A stretch of DNA of 63,161 bases, the filler included, from Craspedostauros australis (Eukaryota), in assembly GCA_030167865.1 (NCBI GenBank). It is 10 parts of 10 records of this genome, joined end to end, with 100 filler letters (N's around TTAATTAATTAA, not from the genome) between each part and the next. Parts side by side here need not be neighbours in the genome. Positions count along the whole stretch, not along the records: positions 1 to 22,389 come from JALAGF010005227.1; positions 22,490 to 40,046 come from JALAGF010005231.1; 8 more parts are not named here. One strand, written 5' to 3'. Below the pieces are notes generated by a model that searched no databases, was not told the DNA's origin, and saw only the letters and a list, made by a program, of their open reading frames with translations. Position 1 is the stretch's first letter. Every line of letters begins with the position of its first letter. A program made the position numbers and the translations under genes. This document shows positions 11,551 to 22,794 of this stretch, piece after piece.

Positions 11551-12987
11551 CTAGCGACGGCTGTTCCCACGGCGGCGAGAGTTAGCGGTAGGACGAGCGT
11601 GAACAGGAGGAGCAGGGTTGCCGGTGGAAGTAGAGCTGACATGGAATCCTGAGACTGGGCCTTCATTCGTTGGACCTGGGTTGCGGCGTTGCAGCTTGTA
11701 GAGGATTGGGACTTGCCGACTATCATCCTCAAGGACGGCGTGTGCATCCTTGTCGGTGCTCGGTTCGTAGTCGTAGTACACCACCCGTTCGATGCCTTGC
11801 ATCGAGGCAAGCTTGTACCGCCCACCGAGGTTCGTCTCCTCGATGGTGTGACACGCTTTTTCGAAGTCAAGCGTGTCGCCAACCTTGGTGAAATTCGACC
11901 TGCCATTCCGTATGTAGTATCCGTTGGCGTCGTCGTGATCGGCCAGGATGACGACTAGGCAATCATGAGTCGGGCCGAATGTTGCGTTGGAGCCAAACCC
12001 GAACATTCTGTGAGCCGCCGCGGGTCCGCCTCCACTTCCCACGCTTTTGCACAGCGCCGTGTACAATTGCTCCATGGAAAAGAGCTTGCCTGGTTCGATG
12101 GCTGCCAGCTGTTCGCCTGTCAGCCCTCTCAAATCGATCTTCTTGGCGAGCTTCATCCCCGCGCTGAGCCGACTTTCGCTCTCCGTCTCTTGTGTTGTGC
12201 TCTCATCCTCACCCTTGTCGCCCTCGTCTCCGCCTGGGGATGCCGCAGCCTCCTGGTCGCCCGGATCGTGGTCCACCCACATCTGGAGAGCTGAAATGAG
12301 CACTGTAGGCTCCACCTCAAAGTCGAAGATCTTGGCGACGCTTTGGTGACTGCAGACAGTCAGACCACCGCAGGCCTTTTGAAATCCAGTGGGCATCAGG
12401 ACGTTGTTGGCGTCGCATTCGATGATGCAGCGGCCAGCATCCCACAGCGGCCCGCCGTCTTCTCCCAACCACATGGCCTCGTCCAGGATTGTGCATGTGG
12501 TGGCTGGCTGATCTTTCATCATCAAGTCGCACAGCTCGATGGTGATGTGATCGCGCAGACGGCGCAGCTGGAAAAAGTTGGCGGCTTGACGCAGGTTCAC
12601 GAGATCCTTGGCCTCCGTCGCCGTGATGACAGAGGAGTCATCCGAATATATCTCATCGAGCTTGATCTCGTCGCAGTAGCAGAAGTGCACCACGATCTTG
12701 AGGATGTTGGTGGCGAAATCGAGCTGGACGAATTGCGCAGACCTCTCCGCAAAATTACCAAAGAACATGCGCTCGAAGACGGGGCTGCGCGCGGCAAGGA
12801 TGATGCGCGAAGCCGGCACGCTGCCGCCATTGGTCGAGCGGAGCTGGACATCCTGGAAAGCTTCATTCTCTTCTATCGCCTTGATGTGGGAAATGATGCC
12901 ATGTTTGCCTGCGGGGTTTGTGGTGATCTTTCTGTCGCTTTTCTTGTTGGTGGTGGTGGTTTCGGCTGTTGGGAACGAGAACGCCAT
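11551..12987 (-). CDS. BTB/POZ domain protein
   Basis: FQDVQLRSTNGGSVPASRIILAARSPVFERMFFGNFAE...ILKIVVHFCYCD...AANFFQL is a typical BTB domain. The start is placed at the ATG of MAFSFP, downstream of microsatellite-rich UTR-like sequence. Confidence 0.88.
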   Translation of the reverse strand: MAFSFPTAETTTTNKKSDRKITTNPAGKHGIISHIKAIEENEAFQDVQLRSTNGGSVPASRIILAARSPVFERMFFGNFAERSAQFVQLDFATNILKIVVHFCYCDEIKLDEIYSDDSSVITATEAKDLVNLRQAANFFQLRRLRDHITIELCDLMMKDQPATTCTILDEAMWLGEDGGPLWDAGRCIIECDANNVLMPTGFQKACGGLTVCSHQSVAKIFDFEVEPTVLISALQMWVDHDPGDQEAAASPGGDEGDKGEDESTTQETESESRLSAGMKLAKKIDLRGLTGEQLAAIEPGKLFSMEQLYTALCKSVGSGGGPAAAHRMFGFGSNATFGPTHDCLVVILADHDDANGYYIRNGRSNFTKVGDTLDFEKACHTIEETNLGGRYKLASMQGIERVVYYDYEPSTDKDAHAVLEDDSRQVPILYKLQRRNPGPTNEGPVSGFHVSSTSTGNPAPPVHARPTANSRRRGNSRR

Positions 12988-13052
12988 CTTTGGTCGCACT
13001 ACTCGCAACGGTGATTCTGTGGTGGGTGATGGGTGGTGTTTCGATCTCTGCG

Positions 13053-13087
<35 letters not shown>

Positions 13088-13361
13088 AAAGAGAAAAGGC
13101 ACAGATGCAGTTGAAAGAGGAGCAACAACAGCAACAGCAACAACAACAACGGCAACAGATGGTGAGAGGGAGCAAGCAACGGAGGCGATGAAGGTGCGTG
13201 CAAATGTGAAATGGAAGAAGACAGTGGACGAGTCTCTCCAGCCACTCTTGTCCACTCCGCTCTTCTCCGCTCACTCGACCAACACTGTCCTGTGCTGCTT
13301 TGCACTCACTCATGGAGCAGACACAGCACTTACTCCAGTACCAACTCCGCCACTCTGTCCC

Positions 13362-13415
13362 TGTGGATGTGGATGCGGATGTGGATGTGGATGTGGATGT
13401 TGGATGTGGATGTGA
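13362..13415. repeat. (GTGGAT)n microsatellite
   Basis: 6-bp unit repeated about 8 times. Confidence 0.85.
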
Positions 13416-13887
13416 ATGTGAGAATAGGTTGACAGACAACGAGAGAAGCATGAGCCTGCTTTTGGCGGAAGCACAAGACATCTCCCCTTCTTCCTGATGG
13501 CAACAGAAATTCGTGTCGATCTCTCTTCCGAGTGTCCGTTATTCGCAGCAAACACGCAGTGTTCAAAATTCAATAGTAATCGATTGAGTCGGACACAACA
13601 GAGTGGTTGGCGCGAACGCAAAAATTGGCGCCAAAGAACCAATTTTGTGTGTGTAGTTGATTGGTTTTAGTCGTGTTTATGGATTCCGATTCTTCCATGA
13701 CAGGAAGACTTGCGATCCGCATTGACGTGCTGCGATCACTCTCCTCTGCGACCATCACAACCTTCCGCCGCGGTTCTTGCCGTGTCGCCCACACGGCCCA
13801 CACGACCCGCACATGCATACCGTACCGTACCATAGCTTGTACCAACCCATACGATCACTATCAAGCACATCATGGGCATCAAGCGCA

Positions 13888-15273
13888 TCAAGCGCAGTCC
13901 ACCTCGATAATCTTCTGGACAAAGGCGAAGACTCCATCCTGGAGCTTCTGATCGTTCAGATACTCCCCGTTGCGTACATTGGATTGGATCGCCAAGCCCG
14001 CATTGGATGCCCGTTCACCGGCGCCGCCCACCAAAGCACCGGATGGAAACGGCCAACTGTCCACGGGATCGGATGCCTTGCCATTTGTGTCAGCATGATC
14101 TTCACTACCAGCAGCTACAGCTGGCTTGGTGTTCACATCGCCGTGCTGCATCGCGTTGACGAACCTCCGCATGCTGTTGGACATCTCGATTCCGATGCCC
14201 CTGCTGACCAGGGCGGAAAAATAGTGCCATGACAACGCACACATAATATGTTCGCCCAGGGTGAACGTTGGGGCGTTGGAGGCCTTCAGCGACTCGCGCG
14301 TCAGACCCGGCGCGATGAGCGTGAAGAAGTGCTGCGGATACTTCCTGGGCAACGCTGCCACGTACAGCGCCACGATGCCATGCAGGTGGCAATACAGCAA
14401 CTTCCACGTCGTGTTGCTCTGAACGTTTGCGTCGATATCCGCGCGGGGTCTTTCGGATGCTTCATCATCATGATCGGACCGGCTGCCCACCAACCACTGC
14501 TCGAAGTACGATGTGGGATGATCGGACGGACGCAGTGAGGGTGGCGGAAAACCGGCCTTTTCGAATCCGCGGGCCACCTCCGATCCAGCAATGGCGAATC
14601 GGCAGCATGGCGATAGGATCGAGGGCGTTTCACCACTGCCACCAGATTCGGCATTTCTCAGCAGTTCGGAGACCAACACGGATAATCCCAGCATCTTCCA
14701 CTCCGCCATCTGCAGCATGCCGGTCGTCGGCGATTTCTGCCACGGTGCCTGCACACCTGCGGCATGGAAGTTAAGAAAGACGCCGTCGATCGTGCGGTGA
14801 ATGGAAGCTTCACTGCCGGCATCCATCAACTCCCTCGCTGTAGCGACTGCCCTGCTTGCAGCTTGCTTGCACTGGTCCACCGTCTTGCCCATGAACAGGA
14901 ATGGGATGGCATGCAACGTTGCTCCGTAGTGCTTGCCTTTGAGCTCCGCCCCAAGGTGCTCTTTCAATGAGGCTTCCACAGACGTCGCCGTTGGCACAAC
15001 CCCATTCTGGCTTTCATCATCACTGTTGTTGCTGTTGCTGCCGATGCTCTGTGAAATTGTGTACATCCAGATGACGTGCGTGACCTCCACCTCTTTCACC
15101 TCGCTCTCGCTCTTAGCATCGTTGCTATCGGTGGCAGACAACTCCAAGAGCTGCCGGATGATCTCGTAGGTCATCAGGTTGCCAAACGGGCTGGCAACAA
15201 GGTACACGGGCATGGTGGTTGGTTCTTTCGTCGGCTGCCTATTGGTAGTCTTTGCTTTCGTTGGAGATGGCAA
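13888..15273 (-). CDS. Divergent short-chain dehydrogenase/reductase-like protein
   Basis: SDR-ordered motifs: IDGVFLN..AAG, LGLSVLVSELL, RFAIAGSEVARG, Y....GIVALYVAALPRKYP..FFTLIAPGLT. The cofactor and catalytic motifs are degenerate. Confidence 0.65.
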   Translation of the reverse strand: MPSPTKAKTTNRQPTKEPTTMPVYLVASPFGNLMTYEIIRQLLELSATDSNDAKSESEVKEVEVTHVIWMYTISQSIGSNSNNSDDESQNGVVPTATSVEASLKEHLGAELKGKHYGATLHAIPFLFMGKTVDQCKQAASRAVATARELMDAGSEASIHRTIDGVFLNFHAAGVQAPWQKSPTTGMLQMAEWKMLGLSVLVSELLRNAESGGSGETPSILSPCCRFAIAGSEVARGFEKAGFPPPSLRPSDHPTSYFEQWLVGSRSDHDDEASERPRADIDANVQSNTTWKLLYCHLHGIVALYVAALPRKYPQHFFTLIAPGLTRESLKASNAPTFTLGEHIMCALSWHYFSALVSRGIGIEMSNSMRRFVNAMQHGDVNTKPAVAAGSEDHADTNGKASDPVDSWPFPSGALVGGAGERASNAGLAIQSNVRNGEYLNDQKLQDGVFAFVQKIIEVDCA

Positions 15274-15949
15274 TGTCTGGATCGATGCGATGGCGCGTCA
15301 AGTGCAACTGTCCGTCCGAATGCAGAGAGACTTGTGCACATCCACAGTGAGTGAGCGGATGGGTGTTCGAGAAAATGTCCCAGCAGCAGCCGCCAAGATG
15401 TCTCCTGATCAATTATTGCCGCTGCCTCTGTCGCCTCTGTTCCTGTTGTTCCTGTTGTGTTCGACAACTTGTGCTGTTTTCGCTGCGACCTTTTGGCGCG
15501 GACCACGATGACGTTAGTCGCATTCTTGTGCTGTGTGCCAACAAGGTTCGGTGAGAAAAGCCTTGGTTGCCGGAGAAGAGAAACAGAACGATGAATGCGA
15601 GGAATCGGGGATACAATAATGTGAAGATATGCGTAATTACCGCATATGAAAAAAAAGTCATTGGGAAGAACATGAATAAATTCCCGTTGATCACACTCGG
15701 ACTACCTTGTAGCCCGTCCTACCCTGCATCACCGCTCCTGTTCTGCAATGCAGCCTGTCCCAGATGTGCACCAGAAAACAAGCGTGAATCAAGGATCTGA
15801 CCACAAGGGATGAACCCGAACATGATCGAGACTACGGGTGCAACTGAAGCCTCATTGAGAGTACAACATGCAACACATTGGGTGTGCACCGCATGCCTCT
15901 GACAGACAAGAACACTTGATTGTCACCTGAGGGAGAGAGAGAGAGAGAG

Positions 15950-16428
15950 AAACACTCAGAAAGCGAATCGGAATACAAAGCAATGGTAGACAACAGAAAC
16001 TAACCTCTGGTCACCCAAGAACACCAATGTGGAAGTGGCAAAGGTGGTCATGACCACCGGTGATGCGATGATTGTGTGAAGAAGAGACGGACAATCGATC
16101 TGAGAAGACTGAAGAATCAACGATGCTACAGGATCGATGATGATGAAACCTGTGACAAAAGAATACATGGCTGCAGAATGAACTACACAAACGTAGAGAG
16201 AAAGCCACTGCTGGAATGCACAATGAAATGCTATGAAAGAGAAAGATGAAATGCACTTGCAAGTGTATGATGCCAGGGATGAAGAAGTAGGAGAAAGCAA
16301 CTGTTGGAAATCTGGGGTACCCAGTCTCTAGTAGTAGTCTCTGGTTACCTATTCATGTTATTGCTTTGTTGGAACTGTGAGTACAACATCTCCATTTCTT
16401 TCAATTCCATTTGCCAAAAGCATACATC
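15950..16428. mobile_element. Nested fragments of family-L2 copia LTRs: a putative + strand internal piece, then a - strand 3' end at 16302-16428
   Basis: TGTTGGAAATCTGGGGT at 16302 matches the L2 termini at 17856 and 21252. AAACCTGTGACAA near 16146 is the reverse complement of sequence near 21531 in the L2 LTR. The left limit is approximate. Confidence 0.55.
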
Positions 16429-17234
16429 TGTTGGCAAGTTCCGGTCATGGAAGCCTACGATCGTGGAAGACGATGTTGTTGATAGTCGGTCTGTTTGCTA
16501 TTTCAATAGTTGAGCACTCCAATCCTCTTGGTGTCTCCGTTGTCTTGCCTGATGCTCTCGGCGCGTTTGTCTATCTCGTAGATTGGATGGTCCGACTATG
16601 AGTGAGTACGTGAGATGCTCTCACTGTTCTTCGTATTCTCTCTCTCTCTTGCAATATCATGTACTCGTGCTACACCATACTCCATGTTCGATGCATGCTC
16701 CGCATTTGACACTCTGTTCATTCACTGCTGGTTCCTACTCCATGAGTACTTACCATTTGAAGTTCATCTCCCGTATCCATGATCTTGATGCCCTTTGGTC
16801 ATTTGGATCTTTGCCTCCTGCTCTGACTTGGAGACAGATGTCGACGTGGTGACACGATGACATCCTGTTGACATCAGTAGGCGTCCTTCTGCTCTCCAGA
16901 TGTCACGTTCCATTGGTGATGCAGTAGTCTGTCAGATGATATCGTCATCTGAGGTTTAGTTGGGAAGTACCTCGAGATTCTCTCGGTACCATTGATGGAT
17001 GGACGGACGATATTTCCAATTCTCTCAGAAATCGTTGATTGCAAATTTCCTCCTGAAATTCTGCTCATTTTCGTGTGTTCCATTTCTGTTGTAATTCTGA
17101 CGAATCACATCATACTATCGACACGAATGTAGTTATACCGTCCAAGTGCGTATGAGAGAATAACGGGTGAACGATGTGTCGAGATGTACATGTGAGCATA
17201 TGTCGAGATGTACGTGTATATGTGCATCTCGACA
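16429..17234 (-). mobile_element. Copia LTR, family L1 (TGTCGAGATG...GGAACTTGCCAACA, 806 bp), serving as a 3' LTR
   Basis: TG..CA termini. Preceded on the - strand by the RNase H stop and a polypurine tract AGGAAGGG (17235-17242). Near-identical sequence occurs at 39396, 39750, 45525, 53710, 54964 and 58102. Confidence 0.9.
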
Positions 17235-17254
17235 CCCTTCCTGTGTGCATTTGG

Positions 17255-17855
17255 TCACTCGAATGTTCTCGATGTGTCAAGGTACGACTTCTCATGTTCT
17301 CGTTGTAAGTCGGCCTTGATGTTCTTGGTGAATCCGTCGCTTGTGTTCTGCTCGGATTTGATGAAAATGATTTCGATGGTTTTGTTGATTACCATGGTCC
17401 TCACGTAGTGATGGCGCACGTCGATGTGCCGCGATCGTTGGGATGTTGATGGGTTCTTGGCGATGAAGATTGCTCCGATGTTGTCCACACCGACCTTGAT
17501 CGGTGTCTTCACTGGAACGCCCACGCTCTCGAGTAGCTGCACGACGAAGAAGATTTCCTTTGCCGCTTCGGAAAGGGCAAAATATTCTGCTTTGGATGAG
17601 CTGAGTGTGACGGCCTTCTGTGCCTTGGATCGCCAAAGGATTGGTACCTTGCACAGGTATAGGATGAACCCTCCTACGCTGATTCTCGTGTTCTTGTCTC
17701 CTGCATATTCGCTATTGCAGAAGAGCTCCATGTCCCAGCCGTCATCGTCTGGACGTGCTGGATGGATCTTCAGTCCATAGTCCTTTGTATCGATCACATA
17801 CTTGATGATCCGATACATCTCCGTCATTGCGGCCTTGGTGGGCCCGATCAATACC
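17255..17855 (-). mobile_element. Ty1/copia RT C-terminus plus RNase H fragment
   Basis: FCNSEYAGDKNTRISVGG, WRSKAQKAVTLSSSKAEY, VDNIGAI, RSRHIDVRHHYVR, NTSDGFTK. Catalytic Asp/Glu positions are altered. Confidence 0.95.
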
Positions 17856-18683
17856 TGTTGGAAATCCGGGGTGGTGATGATAGTAGAAAGCTAGTCGTTT
17901 GTTAGAATCTACTTCTCTGAACTGTGAGCTCTTCATTGCTCTCAATTTCAAAGTCCAATCTCCTCCTGAGATCTCCATGGGTCCCTCTGTTGGTCTAGCA
18001 GGCATCCATCTTGCATTCATCACAAATTCATCATGGACATGCATGCACCACCGAGTACCCCATATCCGTACACACAAGCACGTTGTCCTCCACTTGATAG
18101 TTTCGTTGCCTTAGACATCGTCGAGTCGTAGGCATCACACAGGTTGGTCCATTCAACCAGATCACGGTCTCCCATTCGTCACGGGAACACCCTGGATGAG
18201 GTCTCTCTCAGCTCCTCATCATCACACATCTCCGATCATCTCCGACCATCTCCGATGCTTCTCTGATCGCTTCTCCGATCACTTCACCGATCACTTCACT
18301 GGCTTCTTGGAAGTTTGTCATCACTGGTTCGTTCACAGGCCATCTCACACTTCGTGACATCGGCCTTCCTCCAGTACTCTTTTTCATTGGTTGCGACATG
18401 GGGGCTGTAGTCGCCTGTATCGTGATGTTGGTCACGATTCCAACATCCCTGCCCCCTGCGACATTCTCGTGTGATTGGCATTCCTGCATTGGAGCCATGA
18501 ACGCCAAAGTACGGTTCGCATTCGGCACGTGCCCTTCTCCATCACAAAACACGTGCAGCTCACATTTTTCTGTCACAAAGATCCAAGGTTGGGGGTTGCG
18601 GTAATGTATAATATCATGACATTCGACTCCTTACTCTCGAGAGGTGCGGCAATTCGGTGTTTCAGAACACCCGATTCCTGACA
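17856..18683 (-). mobile_element. Solo-like copia LTR, family L2 (TGTCAGGAATCG...CCCCGGATTTCCAACA, 828 bp)
   Basis: Both termini match other L2 ends (55871 start; 21252, 51466 and 55647 ends). It sits between protease-coding and RT-coding sequence. Confidence 0.85.
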
Positions 18684-21172
18684 GTCGGCCACGCGCACGT
18701 TGGTCATCCCCTCGTCGTTGTTGGTCAGGTGGGACGAGGCACCTGAGTCACCCAACCAAGCGTTTGCCTCATGGCGGTCTGGGGCGAGCGTGATGCGGCG
18801 TTCTTCGACGCCATCGATGTTGCCGAGCACCATCGCCATGTCTGGTTGGGGGTTTCTCTCGCTGTAGAGAGGGAGTTCAGGGAACTCTTCGTAGTTGCGG
18901 ACTCCATGCTGGCCGGGGTGGTACTTCCACATGACTTGGAGCACACCATGCGAGGCCAGGCTTCCGATGAGTCCATGGTGGATGGCTGGCAACTGCTCTC
19001 TCTTCAGCCTTTCGTTGATGAACGGCATGTGCTTCATCACGTTGAATGGTGTCATCATGCCGATCTCGCACAGCAGGAAGTAGAGGGTGCGAGCGTCCAT
19101 GCATGTGTGTCTGTCCCTTGAGCTGTACTCCTTCACTGTGTCAAGGCATAGCAGGGCAAGCTTGGAGCGCATGCTGTCTGCTGGCATGGCGTTGCTCAAC
19201 AAGTATCGCACGGCGAGTGCGAGTGACTCCTCTTTGGCAAGCATCGCGCGGCAACGATCACGTTCTTCATGAGTCGTCGGCTTTGCCACGTCCACTCCAT
19301 CTGGTAGATCAATGAGAAATGGCATGGCAGGGCAGTCAACACAGTAGGAGTAGATGTGTCCTTGCTTGAAGCATAGTGGGCACGACGCCCATCCTTGGAA
19401 CATGGCGCGCCCTGCTGCTTCGATTGACTCCTCAATGGGAGACTTGTTGGTGGAGAGCGAGAAGACTGGCTCTCTGCAGATGCCTTCCGCTCCGATGACA
19501 ATTGCCACTTTGTCGGTGGTCTCCTCTTCCGTGCTGACGAGGTCTTCGTCGTAGATGACGTCCTCGAGGAACCTGTCATCGTCAGTTGTCTCGTTGTCGG
19601 ACGGGAAGAGTTCGCGGTTGATGCGCTCAGCTGCGACGGGTGGAGGTCCGTAGTGACCATACACCCCTGGGTGATGGGTCACCAGCTCTTCCGCCGTCCA
19701 TCCAGTGCCTTGGTTTGGCGCTTCGCCGCCTTGATCGGTCATCTCTTCGTCGGTGGTCGTGAGGGCGAGGTCGTCGGTGGTCGACCTTCGGGAGGCGTCA
19801 TGGCATCGTCGGTGCTCATGTTTTTCTTGATGTTCGCGATTTCTTGGGTGGTCACGAGTCTTGGGTTGGTCACATTTTTGACCTCTGTTGAATCGATTTC
19901 GAACTCGTTGGTGAGGAAGCACATCATTTCCGTGCTATCCATTGATCCATCGTCTTCGGGCAACCAAACTGGCTCCTCGGTCATGGCCAGACCAACGTTG
20001 TCGGCCTTCTCATTACTGGGCAACCACATTGCCTCATCTACCTCAACAAAGGAATCGTAGTCCGCCACATTGCCTTTAGTGGGCAGCCACATGTGTTCTT
20101 CGACCATCACAAGGGCGACATCTGTTTCTTCCTCCATGCTGTCGACCACCACGTTTCCGGCCTCGGCTTCTCGCATCGCTGCTTTCAACTTGAAGCAGTC
20201 AAGGATCTTGTGCCCCTTCTTACCGCAGTACTTGCAGTTTCTGTTGAACTTGTTCTTGATGGTAGTATCACCTTTCTTGTTGTTCTTCTTCAAGGTCTTG
20301 CCGTTTTTGTTCTTCGGGGGAGAGCAGCAGTCCGCCTTCTTGTGCCTGTAGGCACCGCAGTTATGGCAGTAGCCCTTGAAGCCACCAGTGGCGGCAAGTT
20401 CCATTTCTTCCTTGTTCTTGCTTTCGCGCTTACTACCTCCTTGCTTGATGTGACATGCGTCGTAGGTTGCACTCACAGCTTCGTGGATGTCTTCGATAGA
20501 CATCTGCTTCTCGATGTTCTCGAACTTGAGCTCGATGAGCTTCACGTCCATTTCGTAGTCCCTCCCGAGAGCGTTGAGCACAAGCATGTGGTACTGCTCC
20601 ATATCCATGCTGACTTCCGCGTGCTTGAGGCGGTTACGGAGCACTTCCATCTCGGTGAGGAAGGTGTTCGGGTGTTCGCCTTTCTTCAATTGCATCCCGT
20701 TGAGTTGAGCCAACAACTTTGCCTTCATTGGCGCGGTACATTGCTTGTAGATGCGCTCGAGAGCCTTCCATGCCTTGCAAGGGTCTCCTCCCTTGTAGAC
20801 ATTGCTCTTGCATCCTAACACAGCCATGAAGGCGACATTGCCTTTGTCAGTTTCATGGTTGATTGGCATGGTCAGTTCTTCAAACACGTACTTGGCCAGA
20901 GCCTTCTTGTACTCCGCCTTCTCCTCAGGGGACATGGCGGATAACTTCAAGGCCTTGAGCTTCTTCTCTTCGCCGCCCACGATGGAGGCAAGAGGAGAGG
21001 GGTCAAAAGCCTTGGTCTTCACAGTCACCTCGTCCAAGTCCTTGAGATACAAGCCTCTGTAGCCTTTGCGGTTGGCACGGGCAAGGAACTTTGCACTCCA
21101 AGCTTTCCAACTGGATCGCTTGCCGTCGAACATGATCATGTAGCGATCAGTCTTACCTAGGAAGGACGTCAT
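18684..21172 (-). mobile_element. Ty1/copia gag (two CCHC knuckles), extra domain and start of aspartic protease; frameshift near 19750-19900
   Basis: Gag start FDGKRSSWKAWSAKFLARA. Knuckles CHNCGAYRHKKADC and CKYCGKKGHKILDC. Protease AWLGDSGASSHLT lies in the overlapping ORF 18573..19922. Confidence 0.92.
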
Positions 21173-21251
21173 GGTAATGATGGTGAGAGTTGTTTGTTGC
21201 TGTGCTGGTGATGATGGAAACGTAGGATTTCAATCGTAACGTTTCGAAATG

Positions 21252-21971
21252 TGTTGGAAATCCGGGGTTAATGTTAGTAGGAACTAATTGGTTGTTAGAT
21301 CGTACCGTTTTAGAACTGTGAGCTCAATCTCTTCATCTCTTTCAAATTTCATTTCATATTGAGCATCTTCTGCAGCTGCATCGCATCATACTGTTGCATT
21401 CATGTTGTCTTCATCATGCATCCTCGCTTGTATTCATCAATCCTTTCTGCAGGCATCATCATCATGCATCTTCATCATGCATATCCACATCTACATTCAT
21501 GCGGTACGATTACGCAGTCATGCACTTGACTTGTCACAGGTTTTGCCCTTGATCTCTTGACACCTGATTTTACGATTGGTGCCATGCTTGATGCCCTTTC
21601 TGAATTGTTCTAGTCCGTTAGTGGCACGTGTCTTATTCTCCAGATGGGGTGATCACCAATCTGTCGGTCATCGATCTTCCCCCTCATGACGTCGATGTTT
21701 GGATCGTCGCGATGTCATGTTTGATGTTGGGACATCCTGTTTTCCGATGTCGTGGCTTTTCTTGGTTCAACAGAGGACAGGCTGTTTTTCCTTGGTAAGA
21801 CTGAGATCAGTCACGTGTGTCTTGACTCGCGAGTGTGATGAATAGTATTCAAAGGTGTGATGAATAATATCCAAAGTTGTGACGAATAATATCCAAAGAT
21901 GTGACGAATAATATTGAGAGGTGCGGCAATCATGGATATCTAGACAAAGTTGCACCCTCGATTCCTAACGT
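21252..21971 (-). mobile_element. Family-L2 LTR (probable 5' LTR of the gag element), containing a 22-bp tandem repeat at about 21833-21916
   Basis: TGTTGGAAATCCGGGGT at 21252, 80 bp before the gag ATG. Degenerate other terminus CCCTCGATTCCTAACG at about 21971. Unit TGTGAYGAATAATATCCAAAG repeated about 4 times. Confidence 0.8.
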
Positions 21972-22433
21972 GCTTGCGCACATTTCAGTTTCACCATTCC
22001 TTTCTACATATGTACCAAGATGCCAAGCAGTCCTGAAACAGACATCACACCAAAGTTGGAACACGAGTCGCCAAGCATGATCGGTGTGGGCGTAGAACAA
22101 CGCAGGGCCAGGCTGGGCATGTGCATTTGTGTAGAACGCACAAGAATGTATCAAGCATTTGTCGTGAGCTTCACACCCCATCCTCATGCGAAATACTCGT
22201 TGTCAACACCCTGCACGCAGAAGCGGAAATCCGCAGCAGGAATGCCCACACCTACTCGTACATTGGCGTAAAGCACGCAGCGACGAAACTAATGCAGTAA
22301 AACACTAATCGCTATTGTAGCTCGTCGTAGTCTGCTGCAGCACCAAATGGCTCATGCATCCTTCCATTCATGTTGACATCCGTTTACTCNNNNNNNNNNN
22401 NNNNNNNNNNNNNNNNNNNNNNNNNNNNNNNNN

Positions 22434-22445
22434 TTAATTAATTAA
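22434..22445. other. Artificial contig linker TTAATTAATTAA flanked by Ns (also at 40091, 45387, 49510, 51076, 53654, 55423, 58228 and 60556)
   Basis: Identical six-frame-stop 12-mer embedded in N runs nine times. Confidence 0.98.
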
Positions 22446-22794
22446 NNNNNNNNNNNNNNNNNNNNNNNNNNNNNNNNNNNNNNNNNNNNACAAGGTCTGT
22501 CCCTCTTTCGTGAAGATACTGTGCGACATCGAGAAGAATTGATTGGTCACTGAAAATTCAAACACTATCGTGGAGAACATTTCTCGCCGAAGTTAGATCA
22601 GAAATTAGAAATTTGGAATCAATATTTGATGACTTGAGGCCTTTGTTCTCGTCCAAAACGTGAAATACGTTGAGAACAAGAAAATCATGCGTCTCCGGAA
22701 ACGGGAAAACACACAAAANNNNNNNNNNNNNNNNNNNNNNNNNNNNNNNNNNNNNNNNNNNNNNNNNNNNNNNNNNNNNNNNNNNNNNNNNNNN

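Noticed and set aside
17090..17135. CTGACGA in the L1 LTR as a hammerhead ribozyme core
   Set aside because: No properly placed GAAA or flanking helices were found.
19739..19922. Programmed gag-pol frameshift
   Set aside because: Copia elements usually have a single ORF, this copy is otherwise damaged, and no convincing slippery site with a downstream structure was identified. A mutational indel is simpler.
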